Sequence record: PV764603.1
Reading direction: 5' to 3' (one strand)
DNA length: 64,000 nucleotides
Below the pieces are notes generated by a model, which worked only from the letters and a program-made list of their open reading frames with translations, was not told where the DNA came from and ran no database searches. Shown here in pieces: positions 9,979-18,671 of this stretch. Position 1 is the first letter of the stretch, and each line of letters begins with the position of its first letter. Made by a program: the position numbers and the translations under genes.

Positions 9979-10158
9979 TTAACGTATGCCGAGTTCCCGG
10001 CGGGCTTTCTTTTCCATCCGCTTCTGCTTACGCTCCAACGACATACGCGAAGGAGGTTTGGCTTTGCGGGGTTCCTCTGAATAGGAAGTGGGTGCAGCGA
10101 CATGCGAGGCAAGAGCCAACGCAACCAAACTACGCTGCAACTTGCGTGACAAGGCCAT
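9979..10158 (-). CDS. small basic protein
   Basis: GGAGGAGG RBS before ATG 10158. Confidence 0.55.
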   Translation of the reverse strand: MALSRKLQRSLVALALASHVAAPTSYSEEPRKAKPPSRMSLERKQKRMEKKARRELGIR

Positions 10159-10492
10159 TAGCCTCCTCCCGATGTTGTTCCTTCCAATCCGCGTAGGCTT
10201 GCACCACGCGGTCGCGCCACTCGGGGCACTGTTCAGGGATCGGCAGTGGATGAGGGCCATGCAGACCGAAGATCACGATGCAGCCACAAGCGTTCTCGTA
10301 CACCCACGCATTCTCATGCTCCATCGCAAACTTTGCATGGCCGTCGGCAAAGCCATACTTGCCACACTTGCAGCGGAAGTCCCACCCGAACTCATGTAGG
10401 GCTTTCTTGCGGCGCTTCTTGAGCGCCTTCACTTCGAGGTGCTCGGTGTAGGTGGTGCGTAGCCATGCTGCAAGCTTAGAGAATCCGCGCAT
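10130..10492 (-). CDS. hypothetical protein, possible Zn binding
   Basis: CKCG...CGC motifs; RBS GGAGGA. Confidence 0.6.
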   Translation of the reverse strand: MRGFSKLAAWLRTTYTEHLEVKALKKRRKKALHEFGWDFRCKCGKYGFADGHAKFAMEHENAWVYENACGCIVIFGLHGPHPLPIPEQCPEWRDRVVQAYADWKEQHREEANGLVTQVAA

Positions 10493-11303
10493 GCTGTTCC
10501 TCCCCTTCAATCAGAGTGCCCAAGTGCTGATGCAGCTTGGTCAGAGTTTCGGTCACGTCGTTGTGCTTGATGGCGATACCGCCCGCCTCCACCCATGCCG
10601 CGCAATTCTTGGTGTGGTCATCAATCAGCAAGTCCAGCGGCGCGTGCATCATGACGCATTTGGTACTGCCACCCGGCACTGGAATAATCATCGTGTCAGG
10701 GCGCATGGTCACCGAGGCATTCAACCAACCACGCTTCTGGATAGCCGTCGGGATGTAGTTCGACTTGGGGCAGCCGGTCAAGAAGTGGTATGGCGTGTGG
10801 CGCAGGGCGTGCAGCAAGTCCTGCGCGTGGGGCATCTTGGGCAGGGCACCGAAGAAGTTCTCGTGGCCACGAACCATCGCCCACTTTTCGTCTTCGGTAA
10901 TCGTGTCATGGTGGACACCAAAGATCAAAGGGAATCCCGTATCAAAGTCAGCCATGACGCCATCCACGTCAACGTTTATCAGCGGCATGCGAACCCGCCG
11001 CATCCGAGACACCACTTGAATGCGATAGTTCACTTCACGCATCCACTCTTCCCGAAGATTCTGTTCGTCATCATCGAAGGCACCAAGGCCCTCTTCTTCG
11101 AGAACGTTGCCCATCCAGCCGTGGAACTCCGGCCAGTTCAAGCCACGATTCTCAAAGCTGAAACTGTGCGAGGTATCGGTCAGCGTGACTTGCCCTAGAG
11201 CGTGGCCCCGATTCTGCATCTTCTGCACAACCTTCATGGCCTGCCCTACGTCCAATGGCAGTTCCATTACAGAACCCGGAGCGGTTTCGTACAGGAACTT
11301 CAT
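10476..11303 (-). CDS. HAD-family 5'(3')-deoxyribonucleotidase with an N-terminal extra domain
   Basis: INVDVDGVMADF motif I, HFLTG, LLIDDHTKNCAAWVEAGG. Confidence 0.85.
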   Translation of the reverse strand: MKFLYETAPGSVMELPLDVGQAMKVVQKMQNRGHALGQVTLTDTSHSFSFENRGLNWPEFHGWMGNVLEEEGLGAFDDDEQNLREEWMREVNYRIQVVSRMRRVRMPLINVDVDGVMADFDTGFPLIFGVHHDTITEDEKWAMVRGHENFFGALPKMPHAQDLLHALRHTPYHFLTGCPKSNYIPTAIQKRGWLNASVTMRPDTMIIPVPGGSTKCVMMHAPLDLLIDDHTKNCAAWVEAGGIAIKHNDVTETLTKLHQHLGTLIEGEEQHARIL

Positions 11304-11983
11304 TTCGCATCCTCCTTGCACACCTGCGCTCCCTTGATCTTGAAGCTGACCCAACTCCAACGCAGATGGACACGTTGATAGTCCGGGTCGTTGCGCTCAC
11401 GCATGGCCTTGAGGACAGTCCGCAGCTGGGCCTTGAGCACGTTGAGGTTGGTCGGGGTTTCGTACTTGGTGGTCTTGCTGCCAGCGCACTGGTCCGGCGT
11501 ACCGAAGCGATCACCAAGGAACACCACAGGGACGCCATCAATGGTGTGGATGAACACCGTGTACGTGGCGTAGTCAGGGAGAGCCTTGGCCTTGTTTACC
11601 ATCGGGCCCTGCACACCCAACACCGCGGGACGACTTGCGAGGTCCACCGACTTGACGATGGCTGTGCGCAGGCTGTGCAACTTGCGCCACTTGTTCTGCA
11701 AGTGCGGTAGCGCTATGCCACCAAGGCCAGCGGCTGTCTTGGAAGCAGTGATGGCCGTATCGAGTTCCGCGATCTTCTTGTTGAGTGCAGCGAACACCTT
11801 GGTAAGGATCGGACCGGCCACGCACCACATTAAGACGCTGCCCGAGCCTCGTCGTGCCCTCGGAATCGTATGCGTGTAGGTTTTGGGTTTCGGGACGAGG
11901 CGTTTGAACCAAGCTTCATCCTGTACGTGGTACAGACGTGACGCAGGCAAATGGTATTCCCGGTGTGCGATTTCCTTAGCCAT
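11300..11983 (-). CDS. hypothetical protein (227 aa)
   Basis: long coupled ORF. Confidence 0.7.
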   Translation of the reverse strand: MAKEIAHREYHLPASRLYHVQDEAWFKRLVPKPKTYTHTIPRARRGSGSVLMWCVAGPILTKVFAALNKKIAELDTAITASKTAAGLGGIALPHLQNKWRKLHSLRTAIVKSVDLASRPAVLGVQGPMVNKAKALPDYATYTVFIHTIDGVPVVFLGDRFGTPDQCAGSKTTKYETPTNLNVLKAQLRTVLKAMRERNDPDYQRVHLRWSWVSFKIKGAQVCKEDAK

Positions 11984-11984
11984 G

Positions 11985-12590
11985 TTAGGCTCCTTGAATG
12001 TTGATGATCCCGTTGTACTTGGTAGGTACTTGCATTGGAGCAGCTTGGGTTAGCATGAAAGGGCTGTGATAACGCTGCTTGCCGTACTTCGCTTCGTGGC
12101 CGAGTATCTCAGCGCGCACGCGGAGAATATTCTCCGCGACTGACTCGGGCGTCTTTGCACGCAGTAGATGCTCTGCACTAGGACCAACCGGAGAGAACTG
12201 AGGTACTACAGGTGCGAACCTTGCAACAGATTCCACCGCAGCCTGCACCCGAAGCGCAGCCTCAGCAGGAGGTTCGCCCCTACCCTCGGGTAGCCGCTCC
12301 TTCAAATCCTTCCACGTCTGCGAGTTGACCATGATGACGCTATCGCCGTGCATGCGATAGAACTGCCCATCCCCAATCAGCGGCGTGGTGCCATGTTTCT
12401 TGAGCCACTTCTTGTTGACCCGAGGGGCGTAACAACGCCCCTCGTGCCACTTGCGGGGACGCACAGCTTTCTTGGGCATGCGCGTGTCGTTGATGACGAT
12501 GCGTACACCAAAGATGGTTTGCTGGAGTGCGTCAATTTGTTGCAAGGGTCTTCCCTCCCATGTCTTGTCTGAGACGTTCGTTGAACCCAC
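11985..12590 (-). CDS. hypothetical protein (201 aa)
   Basis: ORF with GGAGG RBS and GTG start. Confidence 0.65.
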   Translation of the reverse strand: MGSTNVSDKTWEGRPLQQIDALQQTIFGVRIVINDTRMPKKAVRPRKWHEGRCYAPRVNKKWLKKHGTTPLIGDGQFYRMHGDSVIMVNSQTWKDLKERLPEGRGEPPAEAALRVQAAVESVARFAPVVPQFSPVGPSAEHLLRAKTPESVAENILRVRAEILGHEAKYGKQRYHSPFMLTQAAPMQVPTKYNGIINIQGA

Positions 12591-13578
12591 TGCCTCCTTC
12601 GGGCAGCTTCAAGAACAAGCCAGCAAGGTTGCAGTATTCAGTGACGTTGCCCGAGGCAAGCAACTCGTCCAGCAGCACGTCGTTGGTATGGTTGTACCCT
12701 CGCTGTGCAAGCCAGTTCGAGAAGTCGGCATCGAACTTGCCAGTAATCAAGTCGATGTAGTACAAGCGCTTACCCGCATATCGCTCTCGCAGTTGCGACA
12801 GGGCGAACCCCGTCTCTGGAGTATCGCGCACGATCATGTTGGGGTGCTCGGTCTTCACCAAGTCGATTTTCTGAATCACGTTGCGATATACGATCTGCCC
12901 ATCGGTGTCGCGTTCTTCGTGCATCGCCTTCCGGCTAGCCGTGGTGTGATGGTATTGCAGGTTCGTACACGCGTTGGTGATGGTCCGCTTCATGATGTTG
13001 AGCATGTGCTTGGCGTTTTCGATCCGAGGGTAGGTCTTGTAGACTCCCTGAATCGCGGAAAGGACTAGCTCATCAATCAACTCATCACGCTGGCTTTGTC
13101 CTGCCGATACCACGAACGCCAAGTCCTTACCGACCTTGTACGCTGCATACTTCTTGGCATGCGGCAGGTTTGACACAATGGCTCGTTGAAGCTTACCCCA
13201 CGACACCGGCAAGTAGCCTTGGTCAAGGAAGCCCTCGAACACTTCGGATAATGAGTCTCGGCGGCGGACCCATCGTTTCAGTTTTACGTCACGCACACGC
13301 AAATCGCTTTCAGCGAAAACACGATCAAGGTTGCCCTTGGCGTAGGCTCGGAAGAGGAACGTCTTGGCTTGGTACATGCGTCCGGTACTCTGCAACGCCA
13401 TGCGATAGTCAATGATGCGTTCCCCAGCAAGCGGTCGCATTATCTTGGTGAACTCACTCACGTTCATTCCGTTGAACGCATAGAGCAGCGTCGTCTCGAC
13501 CGCTGCACACTTGTCCCTCTTGTTGAGGGACAAGTAAGTCTCCGGAAAATGCGTACTCAATAGTTCAGTGATAATCAT
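12532..13578 (-). CDS. putative divergent RNA polymerase sigma factor (region-2-like, gp55-like)
   Basis: DELIDELVLSAIQGVYKTYP...IMKRTITNACTN resembles sigma region 2.2-2.4; weak similarity judged by eye. Confidence 0.45.
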   Translation of the reverse strand: MIITELLSTHFPETYLSLNKRDKCAAVETTLLYAFNGMNVSEFTKIMRPLAGERIIDYRMALQSTGRMYQAKTFLFRAYAKGNLDRVFAESDLRVRDVKLKRWVRRRDSLSEVFEGFLDQGYLPVSWGKLQRAIVSNLPHAKKYAAYKVGKDLAFVVSAGQSQRDELIDELVLSAIQGVYKTYPRIENAKHMLNIMKRTITNACTNLQYHHTTASRKAMHEERDTDGQIVYRNVIQKIDLVKTEHPNMIVRDTPETGFALSQLRERYAGKRLYYIDLITGKFDADFSNWLAQRGYNHTNDVLLDELLASGNVTEYCNLAGLFLKLPEGGSGFNERLRQDMGGKTLATN

Positions 13579-13593
13579 CCCGAAGTCCCCTCC

Positions 13594-14493
13594 TTAGACT
13601 TCGTTCAGGATGAGTCGCCCACCTGCCCCCTTCTTGATGTTCGATTTCTTCGCCTTGCGTTCCAGCAATTCCTTTGTTTCGCGTACAGACATTTCCGACC
13701 CCTTCTTCTTTTTCTTCTTGCGAGAATGGAAGATAATGCCTTCATCCTCGATGCCGCGTTCAAACCATTCCTTCGGAACCGTGTCGATGGTGGGCACGTC
13801 ATCATCGACAAGGGGGCGTGCTCTCCACGGGCGTTCCAGCAGAGCAGCAATCGCCTTGCGAGTCTCCTTCGGCATCTTGGTCTTGCCTTCCGCTTCCAAG
13901 CGCGTCCGACGCTTGCGGAAGTTCTTGCCGCCGACTACGTACTCCGGCAGTCTACCGCCCTCCTTAGCAGTCAGGGAAATGGTGTAGGGATCAGCCTTTC
14001 CCGGTTCACTTGGACTGATATACACTTCGATGCTGTCGCCATGATTCACAGCACCGATCACGTACCCCTTGTAGTATTGGTCGATGTAATGCAGGTCATA
14101 CTTTTCCATCTGCGTCCGAATCTCACGCGGCATGCCGAGCGTCGGAGGAAGATAGACGTACAGTGGTTGCCCCAAACGCAGGCCGACTTTCTTTAGCGGC
14201 TCCTGTCGCAGCAGGGAGTAAGCGAGGATGCGCAGACTTGCACCCTCCATCCCTTTTGCAGCATTCGCCAATGCAGCAAACAACTCGGTACTGCCATCCG
14301 CCTGCTTGATGCGCGTCAAGTCAGGGGTGTAGAACTTGCAAGCCTTCGCAAAAGGCAGAACGCCCGTCTTGCTGCACTTGTCAGCATAGTGCGGACTAGC
14401 CGGTCCTTTGAAATGCAAGCACTCACTGCACTTGAGGCCAATGGCGAGCTTGTTGGAATGGACTGGCGTGACTGCCTTAGAATTGGTCGGCAT
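13594..14493 (-). CDS. hypothetical protein with an N-terminal Cys cluster
   Basis: CSECLHF...C...C; 299-aa ORF. Confidence 0.7.
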   Translation of the reverse strand: MPTNSKAVTPVHSNKLAIGLKCSECLHFKGPASPHYADKCSKTGVLPFAKACKFYTPDLTRIKQADGSTELFAALANAAKGMEGASLRILAYSLLRQEPLKKVGLRLGQPLYVYLPPTLGMPREIRTQMEKYDLHYIDQYYKGYVIGAVNHGDSIEVYISPSEPGKADPYTISLTAKEGGRLPEYVVGGKNFRKRRTRLEAEGKTKMPKETRKAIAALLERPWRARPLVDDDVPTIDTVPKEWFERGIEDEGIIFHSRKKKKKKGSEMSVRETKELLERKAKKSNIKKGAGGRLILNEV

Positions 14494-14504
14494 CGAAGGT
14501 ACTC

Positions 14505-14984
14505 CTAAAGTCGTGATAAATAACGGGCGTGCAACTCATGTATCGCGTGGACCAATGCTTGTTCCTGATTCCGGTATTCCCAATAGTCGCGCAAATCCTT
14601 TAGCTTGTCGCTGGTATCCTTGGTAAAGTTCGTGTGGAACTTGACCTTCTTGTTAGGATCATTCTCAGTCAACTCGCGCGCGGCTTTAATGCGCCCGGCA
14701 AGGTAAAGCGCAACAGAGATAGCCCTCTTTGCTTTGGCTACAGGTAGAGCGCGAATGCGATCATCCTCGGCCAGCATCGTAGGGACTACTCTTCCCTTGC
14801 CTAGCTGGTAACTCAGAGTGTGCACAAGGCTATGGTCAATAGCGCACAGCGAAACTTGCGGACCATCCACGCCACCATAAGCGCATGGAATGATGTGATG
14901 CAGTTCCAAGCTGGACTGAGTGCCACACACAAAGCATGGCCCATCATTGATATAGCCCGGTGTCAGTACAAGCTGTTTACTCAT
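14505..14984 (-). CDS. HNH endonuclease
   Basis: CFVCG...LELHHIIP...GG...LCAIDHSLVH. Confidence 0.8.
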   Translation of the reverse strand: MSKQLVLTPGYINDGPCFVCGTQSSLELHHIIPCAYGGVDGPQVSLCAIDHSLVHTLSYQLGKGRVVPTMLAEDDRIRALPVAKAKRAISVALYLAGRIKAARELTENDPNKKVKFHTNFTKDTSDKLKDLRDYWEYRNQEQALVHAIHELHARYLSRL

Positions 14985-14985
14985 G

Positions 14986-15843
14986 TTAGCGGAAAGGGAA
15001 GCCCCAATCGTTGAGGACAGCTTCACCGATCAGTCGGTTCATGCGATTCAACAGCGCGTGCGGTACAGCCCAGAAATACACGTAACCCTTGCTCGAAGCG
15101 ACGCGACGGCCTGCACCCAGCACCAACTCGTCGCCCATGATCGAGTAACGCTCGTTGCTCTTCTGCCCGACAATGGCAGCGATCTGCTTGGCGTAGTGGG
15201 TCAGGTTGGCAGGCAGGTCTTCATGCTTGAGGTTGATACCGATCACCAGCTGGTTGCCCAGCACGGTGTAGAAGCCCGACTGACCTTCGATGCGGAAGCC
15301 TGCCTTGGCAAGCTGCTCGGTGGTGACCACACCTTCAAACTGAGGAACGATCGGAAGGTGACGGATGATGAAGGGATCGTCCTTGGCCTTGGCGTCCTTG
15401 GGTAGAGTGGAAGCGTACTTGCTGGTCTTGCCGAACAGGCGCTCGTTGACTTGGGTGCCGTCTGGATCATGGGCACGCATCGAAGCCTGCTCCTTCTTGA
15501 GCGCGAAGCGATTCACGGTGGCGATGGCTTCGTCCAGCGAGGCGGTCAGCATCGTCACGCCTTCCTGCACGTCCGACAGTTCCACGTCACCCGATTCCAT
15601 GCCATCCATCAGCGAGGTGGCGATGTTGATGCTGGTGACCACGCTGGTCTTACCCGAAGCGTTCGGCATCGCCGACGGTGCAGCCTTGGAGAATTGACTT
15701 TCGACCGCGCGCAGGCTCGGGACCATAGATGCCAGCGCTTGATGGTGCAAGCTGCCTGCGCTAATCAGGTCGCCGGCCTTCGGCGCAGGTACGGCGTGGC
15801 GCAGAGCGCTTAGGGTGGTAGCGATTTCTTGCAAGGTGCTCAT
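14986..15843 (-). CDS. hypothetical protein (285 aa)
   Basis: long ORF with phage-like codon usage. Confidence 0.75.
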   Translation of the reverse strand: MSTLQEIATTLSALRHAVPAPKAGDLISAGSLHHQALASMVPSLRAVESQFSKAAPSAMPNASGKTSVVTSINIATSLMDGMESGDVELSDVQEGVTMLTASLDEAIATVNRFALKKEQASMRAHDPDGTQVNERLFGKTSKYASTLPKDAKAKDDPFIIRHLPIVPQFEGVVTTEQLAKAGFRIEGQSGFYTVLGNQLVIGINLKHEDLPANLTHYAKQIAAIVGQKSNERYSIMGDELVLGAGRRVASSKGYVYFWAVPHALLNRMNRLIGEAVLNDWGFPFR

Positions 15844-16148
15844 TGTGCATTACCTTTGTTAGAGCGGGCCGAAGACGATTCGTTCTTGACGCGGACTTCC
15901 GACAGCGGCACTTTACCAAAGATGGTTTTGCCGCTTGGTGCAATCACTTCAACGGTTAGCCCGTTGAGTTGGGGACGCAGGTGGCCACGCACAAAGCGTT
16001 CGACCCACAGCGAATTTCGGGAGGCGTTGGGCAGCGCCTCGTATCGCTTCACCTGCGTTTTGGCAGGTGCGCGCACGATGATCTTGATGCCCTCGGCACG
16101 GAGCACTTGACGCTCAAACTCCAATACCGAGACTAGCTCTTCCGACAT
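15840..16148 (-). CDS. hypothetical protein (about 102 aa)
   Basis: ORF from ATG 16148 with a GGAG RBS. Confidence 0.6.
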   Translation of the reverse strand: MSEELVSVLEFERQVLRAEGIKIIVRAPAKTQVKRYEALPNASRNSLWVERFVRGHLRPQLNGLTVEVIAPSGKTIFGKVPLSEVRVKNESSSARSNKGNAQ

Positions 16149-16197
16149 GTAAACAGTTCTCCATTTGTGCGCATCCTTTTCGGGCCTTGAGAAACAC

Positions 16198-16234
16198 GAA
16201 AAGGCAGGAGGGACCGAAGTCCCTCCCACCTGTC
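16198..16234 (-). terminator. intrinsic terminator
   Basis: GGGAGGGAC-TTCG-GTCCCTCC stem followed by a T-rich tail on the minus strand. Confidence 0.8.
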
Positions 16235-16237
16235 TCG

Positions 16238-16759
16238 TTAAGCAATAGGATACTTGACGCCTTTGGATTCGAGAACCCTGCGAAACGTCCGACCAAGTTT
16301 AATATCAGTAACGTTGAACCTACTCACGTTAAACTCCTGGGCTATTTCACAATTCCTATGGCCAGCTTGAAGTCGCTTTGCAATCTTGTACGCAAGTTTG
16401 TTAGTCATGACCACATCGCTCCGGTCTTCACCTATAGCACGTAGATCATTGTCAAACGCGTGCACTACGTTGGCCGAGGGCGTGACGTACTCAAGGTTGC
16501 TCACGTGATTGTGAGCCTTGATTCCGTCTTTGTGGTTGACTACCTGCCCTTTAGGACGCTTGCCAATCCACACCTCTGCCACCATAGAGTGTACCTTTAC
16601 CGTTTTCGGTCCAGACACCAGCTGCAAGTCAACCCCTAAATGACCCGAGCCTGTAGCGGCAGGGCGAAGCACCCTGCCGCGTAGCCCGAGGACTTTACCG
16701 CACGCACTGACCTTGTAGCCAGTGCGCCGGTAGGGACGGAACTCAATGCGCTTGCGCAT
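16238..16759 (-). CDS. HNH homing endonuclease (NUMOD4/HNH_3-like with C-terminal HTH)
   Basis: VHSMVAEVWIG...VVNHKDGIKAHNHVSNLEYVTPSAN; true start ATG 16759. Confidence 0.88.
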   Translation of the reverse strand: MRKRIEFRPYRRTGYKVSACGKVLGLRGRVLRPAATGSGHLGVDLQLVSGPKTVKVHSMVAEVWIGKRPKGQVVNHKDGIKAHNHVSNLEYVTPSANVVHAFDNDLRAIGEDRSDVVMTNKLAYKIAKRLQAGHRNCEIAQEFNVSRFNVTDIKLGRTFRRVLESKGVKYPIA

Positions 16760-16784
16760 CGTCTTGCCCTTAGAGTCCAGAAGA

Positions 16785-17460
16785 TTACTCTTCGTCGTCC
16801 TCTTCATCTTCTTCGTCTTCCTCTTCCTCGTCTTCTTCCTCTTCTTCTTCTTCTTCCTCTTCCTCGTCGTCTTCCTCTTCCTCGTCGTCTTCCTCTTCCT
16901 CTTCCTCGTCTTCTTCTTCTTCCTCGTCTTCTTCTTCTTCTTCTTCCTCTTCTTCGTCTTCTTCCTCTTCCTCGTCTTCTTCCTCTTCCTCTTCTTCTTC
17001 GTCTTCTTCCTCTTCCTCATCCTTCTTGGACTTCTTGCCAGCAGCCTTCTTGCCACCCTTGGCCGGCTTCTCTTCCTCCTCGTCTTCCTCGTCCTCTTCC
17101 TCGGCGTTCATCAGCTCCGCGATCTGCTCCTTGATTTCGTCGATCTGCGCTTGCAGCGACTCCAGAGACAGTTCCGACTTCTTGCCCTTACCCTTGGCAG
17201 CGGCCTTCGGCGCAGCCTTGGCTGCCTTCTTGCCACCCTTGGCCGGCTTCTCTTCTTCCTCTTCTTCTTCTTCTTCCTCTTCCTCGTCGTCTTCCTCTTC
17301 CTCTTCCTCGTCTTCTTCTTCTTCCTCGTCTTCTTCTTCTTCCTCGTCTTCGTACTCTTCGTCTTCGTCGTCACCCTTCACCGACTTCTTGCCACCCTTG
17401 GCCGGCTTCTTGGCAGCGGCCTTCTTGCCACCCTTGGCCGGCTTCTCTTCCTCGGCGTCA
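16785..17460 (-). repeat. GAA/GAG/GAC low-complexity coding repeat with four KPAKGGKK repeat units
   Basis: repeated TTCTTGCCACCCTTGGCCGGCTTC blocks and TTC/CTC/GTC triplet runs on the + strand. Confidence 0.9.
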
Positions 17461-18182
17461 CCGCCAAAGGTGTAGATGCCCTCGTCGGCCAGATAGGTCA
17501 GGAAGCCCTTGAGGCCATCCTTGCTGTTGATCGGATCCAGCGTCGGCAGCAGCTTGGCGATGGCAGCACCGTTGCTGTGCTTCTTCACGTCAATGTCGCC
17601 GTCCTCGTAGATTTCCGAGGCCCACTTGTTGTGAGCGACAGCGATGGCCTTGGCCTGCTTGTCGGTCAGCTTCTTGGCTTCCTTCTGGATGTCCGCGATT
17701 TGCAGGCCATTGAAGACGGCGCGGCCAGCAGCGGCCTTGGTGTCCTTCTTGGCAGCGGCCTTGGCCGGAGCGGACTTGCCCTTACCCTTCGCAGCCGGCT
17801 TACCCTTGCCGCCCTTACCCTTGGCCGGAGCCTTGGCGCTCGACTTCTTGCTCACGACCTTGGCCGTCTTCTTGGTGGTGGCCTTGGTGTCCTTCTTCGG
17901 GGCAGCCTTGGCAGCGGTCTTCTTGGCGACCGGCTTCTTCGCAGCAGCCTTCGGCGCAGCCTTGGTGGTCTTGGCGGCAGCCTTCTTGGCCGGAGCAGCC
18001 TTGGTGGTCTTCGCAGCAGCCTTCTTCACGGCCGGCTTCTTGGCGGCAGCCTTCGGCGCAGCCTTGGTGGCCGGAGCCTTCTTCGCAGCGGTCTTCTTCA
18101 CGGTGGTCTTTTCCGATTTGCCCTTGGCAGCAGCCTTGGTCTTGGTGGCGGCGGTCTTGGTGGTCTTCTTGGTGGTAGCCAT
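16785..18182 (-). CDS. histone H1-like Lys/Ala-rich protein with very long poly-Asp/Glu tracts (465 aa)
   Basis: N-terminal AAKK/KKAPA repeats, about 90-aa non-repetitive core, three acidic tracts separated by EEEKPAKGGKKA repeats. Confidence 0.85.
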   Translation of the reverse strand: MATTKKTTKTAATKTKAAAKGKSEKTTVKKTAAKKAPATKAAPKAAAKKPAVKKAAAKTTKAAPAKKAAAKTTKAAPKAAAKKPVAKKTAAKAAPKKDTKATTKKTAKVVSKKSSAKAPAKGKGGKGKPAAKGKGKSAPAKAAAKKDTKAAAGRAVFNGLQIADIQKEAKKLTDKQAKAIAVAHNKWASEIYEDGDIDVKKHSNGAAIAKLLPTLDPINSKDGLKGFLTYLADEGIYTFGGDAEEEKPAKGGKKAAAKKPAKGGKKSVKGDDEDEEYEDEEEEEDEEEEEDEEEEEEDDEEEEEEEEEEEEKPAKGGKKAAKAAPKAAAKGKGKKSELSLESLQAQIDEIKEQIAELMNAEEEDEEDEEEEKPAKGGKKAAGKKSKKDEEEEEDEEEEEEEEDEEEEEDEEEEEEEEEDEEEEEDEEEEEEDDEEEEDDEEEEEEEEEEEDEEEEDEEDEEDDEE

Positions 18183-18314
18183 GTGAAACAGTTTCCTTAT
18201 AAGGATGAATGGTTGGGTAGTACGTACATGGTTGGCCGTTCGGCGAACTCGTCCATGCCCGAATTCGCTAAAGTGTGCAGCGCCGTCCGGCCTAGCTCGC
18301 CGCTGCATATCCCT

Positions 18315-18323
18315 TATTTACAG
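18315..18323 (-). promoter_or_regulatory. CTGTAAATA promoter-like motif
   Basis: upstream of the leader of the H1-like gene. Confidence 0.6.
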
Positions 18324-18325
18324 GA

Positions 18326-18595
18326 TTACTCGCCAGCGTACTTTCGCTGGAACAGGTACGCCTCAACATCGCCGATGGTCACCCACTTCTCAGCGTCCTC
18401 ATCCGACACTTCGATCTGGAAGGTTTCCTCCAGTTCCATCAGCAGTTCGATCAAGTCGAGCGAATCTGCCCCGAGGTCAGAGACAAGGCTGGCGGTGGGG
18501 AGAACCTCTTCTGGCTTGACGCCGAGGAACTCCACTACCGCGTCGGTCACCCGCTTATGCAGGGTGGGGTAAAGGGGACTTTGTTCGATGCTCAT
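18326..18595 (-). CDS. acpP: acyl carrier protein
   Basis: DLGADSLDLIELLMELEETFQIEVSDEDAEK; phosphopantetheine Ser in DSL. Confidence 0.95.
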   Translation of the reverse strand: MSIEQSPLYPTLHKRVTDAVVEFLGVKPEEVLPTASLVSDLGADSLDLIELLMELEETFQIEVSDEDAEKWVTIGDVEAYLFQRKYAGE

Positions 18596-18620
18596 AAGTA
18601 CCGTCCTGTGGATGTGTCAG

Positions 18621-18629
18621 TATTTACAG
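18621..18629 (-). promoter_or_regulatory. CTGTAAATA promoter-like motif
   Basis: 26 nt upstream of the ACP start. Confidence 0.6.
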
Positions 18630-18671
18630 TATTGAGGTGGCCGGAGCCACCTCAAGTTGCCCCAAGTGGGG

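Noticed and set aside
16785-17460. Repeated 24-30 nt blocks that could suggest a CRISPR array
   Set aside because: In-frame coding repeats (KPAKGGKK) separated by low-complexity acidic codons, not unique spacers; no cas genes
16746-18572. 608-aa + strand ORF and other overlapping ORFs rich in Phe/Leu/Ser
   Set aside because: Antisense or alternative-frame shadows of the low-complexity H1-like/acidic gene; no RBS or plausible composition
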